Positions 48,011 through 61,363 of a DNA stretch of 64,000 bases are shown piece after piece. A program made the translations under genes and the position numbers. The notes under the pieces were generated by a model that saw only the letters and a program-made list of their open reading frames with translations, was not told the DNA's origin and did not search any database. Position 1 is the stretch's first letter. Every line of letters begins with the position of its first letter. Source of the DNA: Ginglymostoma cirratum (taxonomy: Eukaryota); assembly GCA_024137785.1 (NCBI GenBank), contig JAHRHZ010000049.1, forward strand, positions 5,975,295 to 6,039,294, read 5' to 3'.

Positions 48011-50399
48011 GTAAACAGTACAGTAGCATCTCAAAGGAAATATGAGTTGTCCATTCTTTATGTGATCTAAATGTATGATCATACCAGGATAAATCTTATA
48101 CCTGTTCCTTTATAGCCTTACAGAAAGGGAAAATTCAAACCCCTCTGATAATTAAACCAAAACACAAGCCCCAATTTTTTATGGTGGGAGTAGAGATTCC
48201 CTTCTAATAATTACCCCCAAAACACCCAGAGAAGCTCGTCTTTCCCCTGGTGATCTGTTAAAAGACTACTTAAAAGAAAGAAACTTCCTGGTCCATTCTA
48301 TAAAAAGCAAGTAACAATTTATTTATTTAACCTTAACAATGAACAAATTAGCAGAATTCCTAACAAACCAAACAATTACCCCTGAGTACTAACCATTCCC
48401 TAACTGAACTAAATTCTACTGGAATGCTGTTCAAACAAACACAAGTCCCATTTATATAAACCCAATTAATAAAACAACAATAAGTTAAAACTTAATCTCT
48501 CCAAGTTTACAGCATGTGTCTTCTGGAAAGTTTCCTCTTCTCCCTTGATCATCTGTCAGGAGCGTCATCTCTTTCTGCTGTTCCATCTGTAATTTCTTCT
48601 GTGAGGACTTTGAACTGAAAAAAAATGTCGTGGTACCTTTGGGGCTTTTTAGAGAGCTTAATGATTCTGTGTGAAAGCCAGATTTATGTCTCAGATGGCG
48701 GGTTTGCTTTCACTTCAGATAGCAGTTGCTTTCTGTTGATTTTCCAAGTGCCCTGTTTTTTTTTACCTCCTTGATGACCTGTCCATTTCCTACACTAGGA
48801 TTAGTCCCAAGTTGTCAACACCATCAGATTTAAATTCAGTTGGCTTTCAGTATCTAGGGCCTGGTTTAAATTAATTGGCTAAATTCAAAAACCTGTTGCC
48901 TTGGCAAAAATGCTGCTTTGCCTACTAACAGTATAACTCTTCAATACGCATTTCGATTCATGAACTGTCTATAATCTGCAGCTGCTTGCAGACATAGTTT
49001 TCTGTATAAATCACCAAGCTTAGAAAAGCACTCTATCTCTTAAAGGGACCACGCATTTTTATCTCCCGTATTATTTTTACAAACCCATTCTAGCTTCCTG
49101 CCTTCCAATTCATGAGTATTCTACATAACTTTGTAACAATGGTAATACTGTATCTTTTATTCTACTTCAAATATTTACTGCAGTTTTTTTCAAGTATGTT
49201 ATCAATCAGCTAAACATGCCAAAAGATGAATAGGCTCCACATTATGGATTTTGCTCAGAATTAACTTTTCTCTTACTTTTACGTCACAACTTGAAAGGAG
49301 CAGAAGTATTTTAAAATAGCAGTTAGAAAGGCTGCAAGTTCAAAATGACAAATTTATTTTCTTACTTTCTGAAGAAGAATTCAAGCAAGATATAATCCTC
49401 AATTATCTTGAGGAAGCAAACGTGGCTGTTTCATTCGTAATAAAATCACTGAAGGATAATCAAAACAAGTTAATCAACAAATTGAAGTTAGAAGTTTATA
49501 CACTCCTGCAGAAATTTGCCAGCAGATTAAGAATAAAAAGTTGCTGATACTGTTTGAATACATTGTGCGTACAGTTGCATGGAAACCAGCACTGAAAAGG
49601 GATAATGAGCATACAACGATTCAGAGCGTGGTCAAGAAGGAATGACTGGATTTAATGATCCAGGATATTGCAAGAAAAGTGTTTGTTTCACAGAGCAGCC
49701 ATCCTCCACGACGGAAGTTCATGAGATTGCAGATACTCCAGTTATTGTAATGTAACAATTGCCTGTTTTAGCTGAAAATACATCCTCAATGAAGGAAATC
49801 CAAGAGAGAAAATAAACAGATTTATATACCTCACATTTTCAAGAATAGAATCCACATCAACAGTTTTGATCCCAGAGACCTCCCATTCTTCCCATGTTTG
49901 TAGAGAGCTAATTTTGAGAGAATAGTGCATCCATTAGACCATCATAATTTATGAAGTCAGAGACTTGGGGCAAGATGGGTTGTAGTAAATGTGTAAGTCT
50001 AAAATAGTAATGGAAATAAGCTTGGGAAAATCTATGAAAACTTCAAGAGTCTGCGCTGAGGAGTATCTTAAGCATCACCTATTACAGTGCTGTCATATGG
50101 GCTTGTTGGGAGAGCAGTTCACAATCTTGAGGATAAAGAACTTCTGCCTAAGCCTTCATCATAGTCTCTGCAATAATGTTTATCTGATCAGTTTAATTTG
50201 TATATAGAAGCTTTCATGCAATACCATGCATTTTTGCTAATACCTCTTCTCATTAGACTACGTTTTTTCATGTGTGAACTTTACTAGACCAAGCAGACTC
50301 TGTGGATCACTATGAGGAATTCTCATAGGCAAGTCTCATAGCATGATGAGCAGTACTGAGGTTTCATTTACCAAAGAAAATTCCAAGGAGTTTGCAACA

Positions 50400-50960
50400 T
50401 TTATTGATCAGTTTTGTAAATGATTCACTGGAGAAAGAGAGATATACTTCTAGAACTCAGTTTTTGGAGTTTCTTTGCTTCATTGTTATAATCTGTCCTA
50501 TCCCACTTGCTGCTTTCTTTCTTACTGATTGGTGTGGCTCATCACTGAGTACAATTCATTGATAGCCTTTTAGTACCACATCTAAATAAACCGTGTCTTT
50601 ATGTAAGCACAGTGGCTATTAGCAGACTAAACATTTCGAATAAGAATCACTGGGCGAGATAAGATGACTAAAGAATCTGTTTTTAGTCTCTTCCTGCCCT
50701 TTTGGGATTCTTCAGATTGACGTCCCCAGTGCTGTATTATGCAGAGCAATTACTGTAGATTAATTATGGGATTTAGGATGATGATTTGCTCACCCTCCTC
50801 TGCATTCTCCACAAGATGATCTCAATTATTTGAAAACCAATGCTATCATAATGACAGAAAGCATATCCAAGAGACAGGCACTTCAGGCATTTCTCCAGTC
50901 CAGACTGCATTTGGCAAATAATCTCACACTGTCTGTAGCGAATATTCTTTAAATGCATGT
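50400..50960 (+). repeat. Arm 1 of an old inverted repeat pair
   Basis: Aligns to the reverse complement of 52290-52970 (blocks ggattcttcagattgac, ctgcattctc, atgatctcaa, atttgaaaacca, ccaagaga). Confidence 0.75.
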
Positions 50961-51464
50961 ATGACGTTGAAGGACCTAAGGAGAGAGACCCAGAACAAAA
51001 GATATTTGGAGATAATTTTTACTTTAAACAAAGTCTAACATTTTGTACTATTTTCAAGGTTATATAACATTAAGTTTTTTGAGCCAGATTAAAATGTACT
51101 CAGAACCTCATTTCAGTGTATTCTCTTTGAAAAGAGACAATTGTTCCACAGTCTTGATAACATGTGTTATTACAGAAAATGTCCTAGAGTTGCTTCAGAG
51201 GAACTGTCTTATCAATAACTGAGAATTGTTTGTTATGTTCAGTTTTGTGGATGAATTATGAAACTATTGATGCATTTGGCAAGAATAATGCAACATATGT
51301 TTAAAGAAATCTTGAATTCAAAACAGTGAAAAATAATTTACAACCTTTTACTAACTAAGCGAAATAGGAGTAATGTTAACGTTCAATATTCAGGAATTTG
51401 TAATTTTTTTGCAAATATTTCTTGGGATCTATAATAATACTTTGTTCTCCCTTGTTTATTCTAG

Positions 51465-51636
51465 GAAGAGGATCAACCACTTGTAAAAGATAACATGGAT
51501 GATGAGGATGACTATCTCTTCATAATTGATCAGACAGCTCGTGATTTTCTTGTAATAAAGGCTCCTGATTATGAAAGCTACTATAGTCAACAACAGAAAG
51601 ATAAAAAGGTCCTTTTTACCCCCAGTGTTCTTACAG
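51465..51636 (+). CDS. CC2D2A: CC2D2A exon (EEDQPLVKDNMDDEDDYLFIIDQTARDFLVIKAPDYESYYSQQQKDKKVLFTPSVLT)
   Basis: ctag|GAA...G|gtaata, 172 nt, phase 0-1; recalled human DDFVAVRPADYES...MLFIPSRQT. Confidence 0.92.
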
Positions 51637-52289
51637 GTAATACATGAAGTATAGCTCCTTGCATGCATTAAAGACATTCTGCGGTTACAATGGCTGATTA
51701 CATTCTAGGGCTTATTTTATGAGATTAAAAAGTTTCATGATTTAAATAGCATTTGTGATATTTGCAATGTGTAAACACTGGTCTGAAATTCCTTTCTTTA
51801 CTTTTTAATGAATTAACTTATTTTTTAAAAAATGTATGTCTGTATTAAAATACCAGGCAGGTGTATATTTCAATGAGTTTATTAATAATTTTGAACTGTG
51901 AGTTAGCCAAAATAGGTGAATACCTGAGCTGTAGATTGAATAGTTGTGTTTATTTAGATACTTCCTATTAATTAGTGTTCATGATGTGTATTAACCCTTT
52001 ACATTATACTGTGTTAATTATTAGACTACGTGATCAGTGATATCAGATGATAACACATTGCATGGAACCAGAACCTGAGCGTGTAGGATTTGAGAGATGT
52101 CCTAGTGTGATCCCTCTCGTATATATTATGTATATTTAATGAAAGGTTGTTGATATTCACTAACAAGCGCTTGACCAACTTTTATCAACAACCCCGACAT
52201 GATTTTACTATGTGGTGGCAAGCCATTTACAAACTGCTTTGATAAGAGTCCTGAATGGCACCATGGAAGGTAGAAGCATTGAAACCATC

Positions 52290-52970
52290 AGCAAAGCAGC
52301 ATGAATTCCCAGGGAATACGCAAAGCAGTAAGCAGACGATCATTTGGTGCTGTAGAGAGACAGAAGCTCAAGAATCAATTTAAATTGCCTTTCTCTTGGG
52401 TATGCATTCCTTTATGGCAATAGCCATGGTTTTCAAATCATTGAGATCATTTAGAGAATGCAGGGGAACATCTAAATCTTATAGTCAATCAAAAGTAATA
52501 GCACTGCATGATGCAGCATTGAACATGTCAATCTGAAGAATCCAAGGTGTCAGAAATAAAGTATAGAACAGACCTGCAGTATTTTATCATGCAATGACTC
52601 TTACTGGAAATGTTTATTATTTACAACAGTCTGATACTAACCACCTTCTACACTTATATAAAAAGAATGTTCATTTAACCACACAACCAATGCACCAGAA
52701 AAGCCTGCAGCAAGGAACACATTGATGTCTCACTGAGGAAGGGTCACCAGAGCTGAAACGTTAAATCTGACTTCCCTCCACAGTTGCTGCCAGACCTGCT
52801 GACCTTTTCTACCAACTTCTGTTTTTGTTTCCGGTTTGCGGCATCCACAGTTCATTTGGTTTTCACAACAATGTGCAAGTGTCCAAGCATTTGAGGATAC
52901 TATGGAGCAAGACGCATACTTCACGGGTATATATATCAGACCACTGGATTATTTCTGCTACCCTGATCTC
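52290..52970 (-). repeat. Arm 2 of the old inverted repeat pair (interrupted by a family C PLE)
   Basis: Reverse complement of 50400-50960. Confidence 0.75.
52731..52855 (+). mobile_element. PLE-like single arm, family C, hammerhead CUGAGGA...GAAACGUU
   Basis: CTGAGGA-A-GGGTCACCAGAGCT-GAAAC-GTT at 52733-52762; stem II partly mutated. Confidence 0.78.
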
Positions 52971-55714
52971 AAAGATCCACAGCACATTTGGTTTTGCTGA
53001 CATCATAGTTAATGTCTTGGAAACTAATTATATTTCAGATGTAGGAGCTGTAGTGTCCATTCTTTTGGCTTCCACACCGTGACTGAAGTTTGAGCTGTAT
53101 CAACCATTTGAGGGTCCAGAAGCTTTTCCAATATGGGAGTGCACGCAGGTGACTGCTACTCTTATCAGATCTGTGATAATCTATATGCCGTTTTTGATCA
53201 TCATAGCTACTTGTTATTCTTAAACTCTTGCATATCTTGAATATTCCTTATTCAACAGCAGCAGAGGAAGCTGGAGTTGCTGCATTATGCTGTGAAATAG
53301 TTTTCATCAATGAATTTCTATCCGTAGGACCAAAGGTGATTTGTGCAAATCATTCATTTCTTTTAGAAGAGTCCAGATTCAAAGAAGGAGGTGGAGTCCC
53401 GCCATGAGAAGGATCATAAGATATACTAGATTTACATTTGTTCATTAATCTGTAAAACATCAAAATAAACGTATCACAAATGTTAATGATTTGTTGGAGG
53501 AGGTGGTTCTGGATTTTATAATGCTTTTTGAGGATGGTACAATATCAACAACCCTGGTGAATTTTTACTATTTCTTTGAGTAACATTAGTGTCTTATTGC
53601 CAGTGTTGATGCAAAGTTGCATTTGTGTCACAGTTCAACTGAAGTCACACATGCCAGACAGTAGCAGCAATCATTTGATGCAGCGATTCCTGTTCCCAAA
53701 GAAACACCAATACTAGACCCTCTTCATATTACCAAAGTGACAGTTTTAAGCAGAACGGCTTCACAATCAAAAAATGAGGAGTTCTAATTCAAAACAACAG
53801 CATGTATAAAGACAACATTTTGGATGCACATTGAAAAAAAAAGTGTTTTTGAAATGAAAGTCTTAGAGACTGCAAAGGAGCAGTCACTTATGAAATTGTT
53901 GCTGCAAAATGTTTGATTTTCATAAGTTATTGAAAGAAAACAGAGACCTTCAAATTCTGCAATCCAACATAAGTGAACCGTTGGTAGAAGTTCAGATGGA
54001 CTGTAAAGTAGAGAAATTGGAATGAACGCAACTGCTTTAAGACCAGGTGTTATTGGTCTGCAGGAAATTGATTCGAGAAACACCAGAATTAGGATCTGAA
54101 AAATAAAAGATTATGGAAAGTTTCCACAAATCCTATGCAGAGACTACCATTATTCTGGTGACATTGACAAAAGAAGTGCTCCAGTAATGGAAAAAGACTC
54201 TCACTGAACTGTTCAAAACTTGAAACTCGTTATAAATTTTTAGTTAGGGAAAATACCGCTGCATTCAACAAGTTCTGAGAAAGAGAAAATAGATTCAAGT
54301 TTGTAGAAAATTGTACTAGAAAAGTAAGCCTTCATTCATGAAAAACATCAATAACAGACTGTTGATGATCTTTCGAGAAAGATATTAGTAAGAAATATAC
54401 AGGAAAATGCAGACCTTAATCCTGTAACAGCCAGTCAGCACAAATTTTTGGATGAAATTAGACTCATAGGGCAGTAATTGAATCTTAATGTCCTGTTATT
54501 ATCTGATCTACAATCTACTCTGCAGATTAGTGTATGGCAAAGATAGATTGCCTGGAGAAAATACCACATTTCAGTTTTGAATCATCTCCATCCTCAAACC
54601 AGCCTACAAGTCAGAGTACTGCAGCATTGCTTCACGTGAATAGCTATCTATTGTCAGTTTTTTTAACCGAACATACAGATCCCATTCCTGATGAATGACT
54701 CCCTGAGGATCCACTTTCATCGAAGCACCACAGCCTTTCTTGGATCCTGATGATGTGCTCCACTGTTGCCAAGTGTCTCAGGAGCCTCATCCCTCATAGA
54801 GAAACATCCTCCAGTTCATCCGTGTGCCAATCCCTCCATTGCCTATGGAGCCAGCAATTTTTACAGTGAATCCAGTGCTGGTATTCGCCCACTCCAAATA
54901 ATGAACGTACCCTAGTCTTATCCTGGCATGTGGAAGGAAGGAACTCCTTTCCTTTGATCCAGAGATGTCTTTGAGCACTCTCAGAACTGCCTTAAACATG
55001 TGAGATTGGGGAACCACCGCCTTCACAAATTGGTTTCCACCCTAAGTGTTGCAGGGAAGTTGTTATTTTTTCATCGTCAAACTAGTCTTTGAGACAATCT
55101 TCATTCTTCCAGTTTTCATCCTCATCCTTTCCTTGGGATAAGGAGTTGAGTTGTTCTTAGGTCATTATTAAAAACATTGTGAAGTTTTTGTGGGGAGCTG
55201 AAAGTGTTCCATTTTCTCAGGCACTTCTTATTTCTCTATCCCTCTAGAGAGATGATATGCCGAAAAATTAGAGGAATAAGATTTGAACTTTGGTCTTTGC
55301 ACCTTTCTCTTATTTTTCGTATAGTTCAAATTTTGAAGATTTGCCCCTTGTGTTGGTAGTTCACTTATCCCTCCGCTCTGCCTCTACATTCAGATCATTG
55401 GTGCTACAGCTTACATGCCAGCTGTTTTCAAAGACTTGAACCCAGTTTGTCCCTTTTAAAGGGAACAACGTAGTGTACATATTGCCAAACCTTCCTCAAT
55501 ATGGGCAGGGTTGTTGGAGATTGATTCCTTGAATGGATGAGATTTTGCCTAGGATGGGAGAATGATGGGGAGTAGAAGTCAGAGGAAAATGCCAAGTATT
55601 ATAGGGGAAAGGTGAAACACTTGCGGGATGTAGTATAATGGGTTAATACATTAACATTTAACTGGGACCTAAGAGTGGAACATTCCAAAGATGTCCACTC
55701 TTGCCCTCTCTGTG

Positions 55715-56120
55715 TTTTATTTAATGGAATGTGAGCATTGCTAACAAGGCCAGCAATTATTGCCCATGCATAATTGTCCTTCAGAAAGTGTTTGTGCATA
55801 ATTGTCAACCACTGCGGTCCATTTGGTGTTGGATTCTACACAGTATTTGAAGGCAGTTGGGTACAATTAAGTGGTTTCATAGTCCTTTTTAAAGGGCAGT
55901 TAAGACTCAACTTTATTGCTGTGAGTCTGGTGTCACATGTAGGTCAGACCAGGTATAGGGAGCAAATTTTCCTTCCCTAAAGGACATTAATGAACCAAAT
56001 GGGTTTCTACAATAACCAGCAATGGTTTTGTTGTTTCCATCACTGAGACAAGTTTTTAATCAAAAACTTACTGATTTAGTTTAAATGCTACTAGAATTGT
56101 AATATGTAGTTTTGGTATTA
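55715..56120 (-). mobile_element. SINE sharing its tail with the CR1/L2-group LINE
   Basis: ccagcaattattgcccat...gggcagttaagactcaac...cacatgtaggtcagaccagg...ttccttccctaaaggacattaatgaacc; reverse complement of the 29955-30275 family. Confidence 0.65.
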
Positions 56121-56124
56121 GCAG

Positions 56125-57262
56125 CAGTCATACAGCACAGAAACAGACCCTTCTATCCAAGTAGTCCATGCTGACCATGTTTCCCAAACTAAACTAGTCC
56201 CATTTACCTGCATTTGCCCCATATCCCACTAAACCTTTCCTATTCATGTACCTGTCCAAATGTCTTTTAAATGTTGCATCTGCCATTTCCGCTGGCAGTT
56301 CGTTCCATATACACACCACCTCTCCATGAAAATGTTGCCCCTCAGGTTCCTTTTAAATCATTGCTCTCTCATCTTAAGACTATGCCCTCAAGTTTTGAAC
56401 TCCCCCATCAAAAGGAAAATATCTTTGTTATTCACCTTATCTATGCCCCTTATGATTTTATAAGCTCTATAAGGTCACCCCTCAACCTCCTATACTTCAG
56501 GGAGAAAAGTCCCAGTCTATCCAGTCTCCTCTTATAACGCAAACCCTCTAATTCTGTAACATCCTTGAAAATCATTTCTGAACCCTTTCTAATTTAATAA
56601 TGTCCTTCCTGTAGCAGGGCGACCAGAACTGTATGCAATACTCTAACAGTGGCCTCACCAATGTTCTGTAAAGCCAAAAACCGACATCCCAACTCCTATA
56701 CACAATGTTCTGACCAATGGAGGCAAGCGTGCTGAACACCTCCTTCACCACCCTGTCTACTCGTGTCGCCACTTTCAAGGAACTATGTACCTGCACCCCT
56801 AGATCTCTCTCTTTGACAACACTCCCCAGGGCCTTATCATTAACTGTGTAAGTCCTACCTCGGTTTGTCTTACCAAAATGTAACACCTTACATTTATCTT
56901 AATTAAACTCCATCTGCCCATTGGCCCAACTGATCAAGATCCCATTGTACTCTCAGATAACCTTCTTCACTTTTCACTATACCACAGATTTTGGTGTCGT
57001 CCGCAAATTTACTAACCATGCTTCCTATATTCTCATCCATCCTGTTTATATAAATGACAAGCAATAGTGTACCCAGCACCAGTCCCTGCGGAACACTGCT
57101 GGTCACAGGCCCCTGGTCCGAGAAACAACTCTCCATCACCACCACCTGTCTCCTACCATCGAGCCAGTTGGCAAGATCTTCCTGAATCCCATGTGATCTA
57201 ACTTTACTAAATAATCGACCATGCGGAGCCTTTTCGAAGACCTTGCAGTCCAGGTAGACAAT
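56125..57262 (-). mobile_element. CR1 LINE, 5'-truncated
   Basis: VPQGLVLGTLL, VSKFADDTKICG, MLHFGKTNRGRTYTVN, LVRPLLEYCIQFWSP. Confidence 0.95.
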
Positions 57263-57592
57263 ATTTGTTTTATTTGTTTTGTGATATGATTTTTAAAAAA
57301 ATTGTCAAGAACTTTCTGATGCTTTTGGTTCTAGTCAACCAACCCATAATAGAATTGACAATGATTTTAATATTTTGTTTCATGCTAAACACTGACTTAA
57401 AAACTGCTAATCCTGTTGAATGGGGTGCTCCGTTGAATGCTGTTTGAGATTATTTGATGCCACAGTGGAAGATCCATACAAACCTTGTGGAGTTGTGTAG
57501 GATTTATTCCCCAGTCAGGGAAGCTGGGGCCGTTGGCTCTTCCTGCCTTTCCCTGAGCTGGTTATCTTTATCAAATTGTTCTTGATGTACAG

Positions 57593-57729
57593 TGCCCACA
57601 TCAGAGAAGATTCCTGAAGACATGCGTCCACGGTTTCTTGAAGATGAAGGTATTTATGTTGGTGAAAGACCAAAAGTTTCCAAATCTAACCAGAACATCC
57701 TTGAGAATCGTCTACTTAAAAACAAAGAG
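57593..57729 (+). CDS. CC2D2A: CC2D2A exon ([46 protein letters not shown])
   Basis: acag|TG...GAG|gtaggt, 137 nt, phase 1-0; recalled human [30 protein letters not shown]. Confidence 0.96.
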
Positions 57730-57845
57730 GTAGGTAACAAGTATAAGGGCTGTGGCCCCCGCTTTCAGGAAATAAGCAATCACTGTATTTTAGGAAAATA
57801 TTCGTTTAACAACTTCAGCAAAAATATTCTCATTCACAATCCTAG

Positions 57846-57977
57846 GGCAAGAAATGGTTTGGAAGTGACGGTAGAATTATAGCCTTACCTAATCCTATTA
57901 AACAGACCTACACCAGACCGCCAATTTTCTCACTCCATGAAAAAGTGGATCCTGCAATAGAAATATTCTATAAAAAG
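57846..57977 (+). CDS. CC2D2A: CC2D2A exon ([44 protein letters not shown])
   Basis: ctag|GGC...AAG|gtaagt, 132 nt, after a 116-nt intron; recalled human WFGDDGRILALPNPIK...LYKK; gene continues beyond the window. Confidence 0.96.
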
Positions 57978-58103
57978 GTAAGTGAAACCATTATAATAAT
58001 GCAATGAAGGTCTTTGTAGCCCTATAAGTTAGTTGAATGTTTATCAATCTTTATGACTATGAATTTGTTTCCTATCAAGAGAATAATGTATTGACAAGAA
58101 AAA

Positions 58104-58378
58104 ACATGGAACATAGAACATAGAACACAGAACAGTACAGCACAGTACAGGCCCTTCGGCCCACGATGTTGTGCCGAACTTTTACCCTAAACCTAAGGTC
58201 TATCTAACCTCCCCCCTACCTTATACTATCATCCATATGCCTATCTAATAGCCGCTTAAATGCCCCTAATGAGGCTGACTCCACTACCCTCTCCGGCAGT
58301 GCATTCCACGCCCCGACCACTCTGAGTAAAGAACCTACCTCTGACGTCTCCCCTATGTATACGCCCACTCACTTTAAA
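58104..58378 (-). mobile_element. Young CR1 3' end with (catagaa)n tail
   Basis: acatagaacatagaacacagaacagtacagcacagtacaggcccttcggcccacgatgttgtgccg; CpGs retained. Confidence 0.85.
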
Positions 58379-58454
58379 ACACTTGAAAATGTTTGCAGGT
58401 TGCAGTTAAATCAAATCATATGCAGACCTGATGTAAGATTACTGATGTAAGGGA

Positions 58455-58745
58455 AACAGGAACATAGAATATAGCAGCAGGAGCTGGCCATTTGGTCCTT
58501 TAAGCCTGCTACACGATTCAATGTGAACACAAATAATCATCCAACTCGGTATCCTGTTGCAGCTTTCACCCCTTGTCCTTTGATCTTTTGAATATTAAGA
58601 GTTATATCTACATCTTTCTTGAAAGGCCTAGATGTTTTGGCCTCAACAGTTTCAAGTGGCAGAGAATTCCACAGGCTCATCACTTTGAATAAAGTAATTT
58701 CTCCTCATCTTTGTCCTAAAACACCTACCCCTTATCTTTGGACTT
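58455..58745 (-). mobile_element. CR1 3' end, older
   Basis: aacatagaatatagcagcaggagctggccatttggtcctttaagcctgct...gtggcagagaattccacaggctca. Confidence 0.7.
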
Positions 58746-59069
58746 TCAAGTTGTAATTTGTTTCGTTGGTTCACGAGTATCGAAATGGTGCATTCGTTCT
58801 AAATCTACATTTTCAGTCTTGACTTGTCTTCTCACATCTTATGGTCTACCAGCATTTTCATGGCATGCCTAAGCAGCTCATATGTAATGTTCCAGTATCA
58901 ATTTATTGTACAGTTAATTTGCGAAGTAGATTGATAATCTGTGTCTATCACTTAATTTTGTACCATTGAGTACATTTGTAGTCATTTCAAATCTCTGTCA
59001 ATTTCTGAGCTAAAGATAGTTTTCCAAAATAACTTGATAATATGTAGCATAGGACTATGACTTGGAAGC

Positions 59070-60680
59070 ATGATTAGGTCTTTTGGTCTTTTGAGAGAGT
59101 GGTCTGCTATTCAACAAGATAATGGCTGATGTGGTTGTGGATTCAACCCCACCTTCCTACCTGCTGCCCATGATTGCTGACACCCTTGTCTGACAAAAAT
59201 CCATTTAATTCTGCCTTGATAAAGTTCAGTGACATACCTAACATTACTTCCTGGGAAAAAGAATAACACTTCTGAGGGGAAAAGAAGAACATTTCTCCTC
59301 CTCTCCACCTTAAAAGGGAGAACTCTTATTCTTAAACTATGTCCCCTAGTTCTATCCTCCCCCACAAAAGGAGACTCCCTCCCAGCGTTCACCTTACCAA
59401 GTCTGTTAGGGTTCTGTATGTTCAGTAAGATCACCCCTCATTCTTCTAGGTTCCATTGGATACAGACCCAGGTTGTAAAATGTTTCATCAAAAGGTAAAC
59501 CCTTTATCCTAGGAATGAGCTCGGAGAACATTTTCTGAACTGCTTCTAATGCAATTATATCCTTTTTGAAATAAGGAGACTAAAACTGCACACAGTATTC
59601 CAGGTGTCTTTCCAAGGTCCTGTATAGCTGCAGTAAAACTTCCCAGATTTTAAAGTCCATGCTGCTTCCAGTAAATCCCAACATTCCATTTGCCTCCCTA
59701 ATCACTTGCTGTACCTGCGTACAAACCTTTTGTGATTTACGTGCTAGCCCATCCAGATCCCTGGCTGCTTAAACAATATACTGCTTTTTCATTGTCTTGT
59801 CAAAGTGAGCAAGTTCACAATCTCCCAAATTATATCATCTATCATTTTTTTTTACTCTGTGAATTAACTTATCTACATCCCTTTGCAGACTCTCTACCTC
59901 TAGGTTGCTGACTTTCCTACCTATTGTGGTGTCATTGACAAATATAATTTTTCGGCCCTGCATCCATGTCGATTGTAAATAGTTGAGGCCCAATACTGAT
60001 CCTAATGGCCCTCCACTAGTTATAAATTCATAGAAGAATCATAAAATTCCAAAGCGTGGAAGCAGGCCATTCAGCCCATCGAGTCTACACCAACCCTCTG
60101 ACGAGCATCCCACCCAGACCCACCCCCATCCTATCTCTGTAATCCTGCATTTCCCATAGCAAGTCCACGTAACCAACACATCCCTGGATACTATGGGAAA
60201 TTTAGCATGGCCAACCCACCTAGCCTGCACATCTTTGGACTGTGGGAGGAAACCGGAGCAATTCCTTGCAGACATGGAGAGGATGTGCAAATGCCACATA
60301 GACAGTTTCACCAATCGAACCTGGGCCCCTGGTGTGTGAGGCAGCAATGGTAACCACTGAGCCTCCGTGCTGCCCCAGCTATTCTAGTTGCAGTCTGCTA
60401 ACCCCAAAAGCCCTTTATTTTTATGCTCTGCTCCCTGTTTGCTGGTTAACCCTTTGTATATACTAACATGTCATCCTCTACACCATGTGCTGTTATACTG
60501 TGTAACAGCTTTTTATGTGACACCCTATTGATTGCATTCTGGTAATCAAACTATACCACATATACTGGTTTCCCTGTATCCACCTTCCATGTTATTTACT
60601 CAAAAAACATCTAATAAGTTAGAAAAACATGATTTCCCTTTTAGTAATTCATATTGATTCTGCCTCATTATATTATGTTG
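59070..60680 (-). mobile_element. Decayed CR1 LINE with nested HE1 SINE
   Basis: Minus-strand PFVGEDRTRGHSLRIRVLPFKVERRRN; CR1-like sequence on both sides of the SINE. Confidence 0.8.
60027..60375 (-). mobile_element. HE1 SINE
   Basis: aatttagcatggccaacccacctagcctgcacatctttggactgtgggaggaaaccggagca...aaccactgagcc. Confidence 0.9.
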
Positions 60681-60749
60681 AAGTGAATTTTGCAAGAGCA
60701 TTCAGAGCAGTAACTTAAATATTTTAATGCATGTTCCCGATGGAAGTAG

Positions 60750-61363
60750 AGATAACAAAGTGTGGAGCTGGAGGAACACAGCAGGCCAGGCAGCATCAGA
60801 GGAACAAGAANNNNNNNNNNNNNNNNNNNNNNNNNNNNNNNNNNNNNNNNNNNNNNNNNNNNNNNNNNNNNNNNNNNNNNNNNNNNNNNNNNNNNNNNNN
60901 NNNNNNNNNNNNNNNNNNNNNNNNNNNNNNNNNNNNNNNNNNNNNNNNNNNNNNNNNNNNNNNNNNNNNNNNNNNNNNNNNNNNNNNNNNNNNNNNNNNN
61001 NNNNNNNNNNNNNNNNNNNNNNNNNNNNNNNNNNNNNNNNNNNNNNNNNNNNNNNNNNNNNNNNNNNNNNNNNNNNNNNNNNNNNNNNNNNNNNNNNNNN
61101 NNNNNNNNNNNNNNNNNNNNNNNNNNNNNNNNNNNNNNNNNNNNNNNNNNNNNNNNNNNNNNNNNNNNNNNNNNNNNNNNNNNNNNNNNNNNNNNNNNNN
61201 NNNNNNNNNNGCATCAGAGGAACAAGAAAGCTGACATTTTGGGTCGGGATGGTCCCGATCCAAAACATCAGCTTTCCTGTTTCTCTGATGCTGCCTGGCC
61301 TGCTGTGTTCCTCCAGCTCCACATTTTGTTATTTCTGACTCCAGCATCTGCAGTTCTTGCTAT
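60750..61363 (+). mobile_element. PLE fold-back element, family B, hammerhead core lost (contains a 400-N gap)
   Basis: Near-perfect hairpin centred on gggtcgggat/ggtcccgatcc; TSD ttccYgatggaagtag at 60734-60749 and 61364-61379. Confidence 0.85.

Noticed and set aside
47705-48070. ORFs 47705-48070 and 57592-57882 as stand-alone genes
   Set aside because: Only the splice-bounded internal portions match CC2D2A; the flanks are intronic read-through.
48068-49070. Solo-LTR-like blocks here and at about 3990-4720 and 8560-9260
   Set aside because: Composition is suggestive, but I could not define TG...CA termini, TSDs or a second copy.
47792-57977. CC2D2B instead of CC2D2A
   Set aside because: Identity to recalled CC2D2A motifs ([28 protein letters not shown]) favours CC2D2A; a reciprocal BLAST would confirm it.
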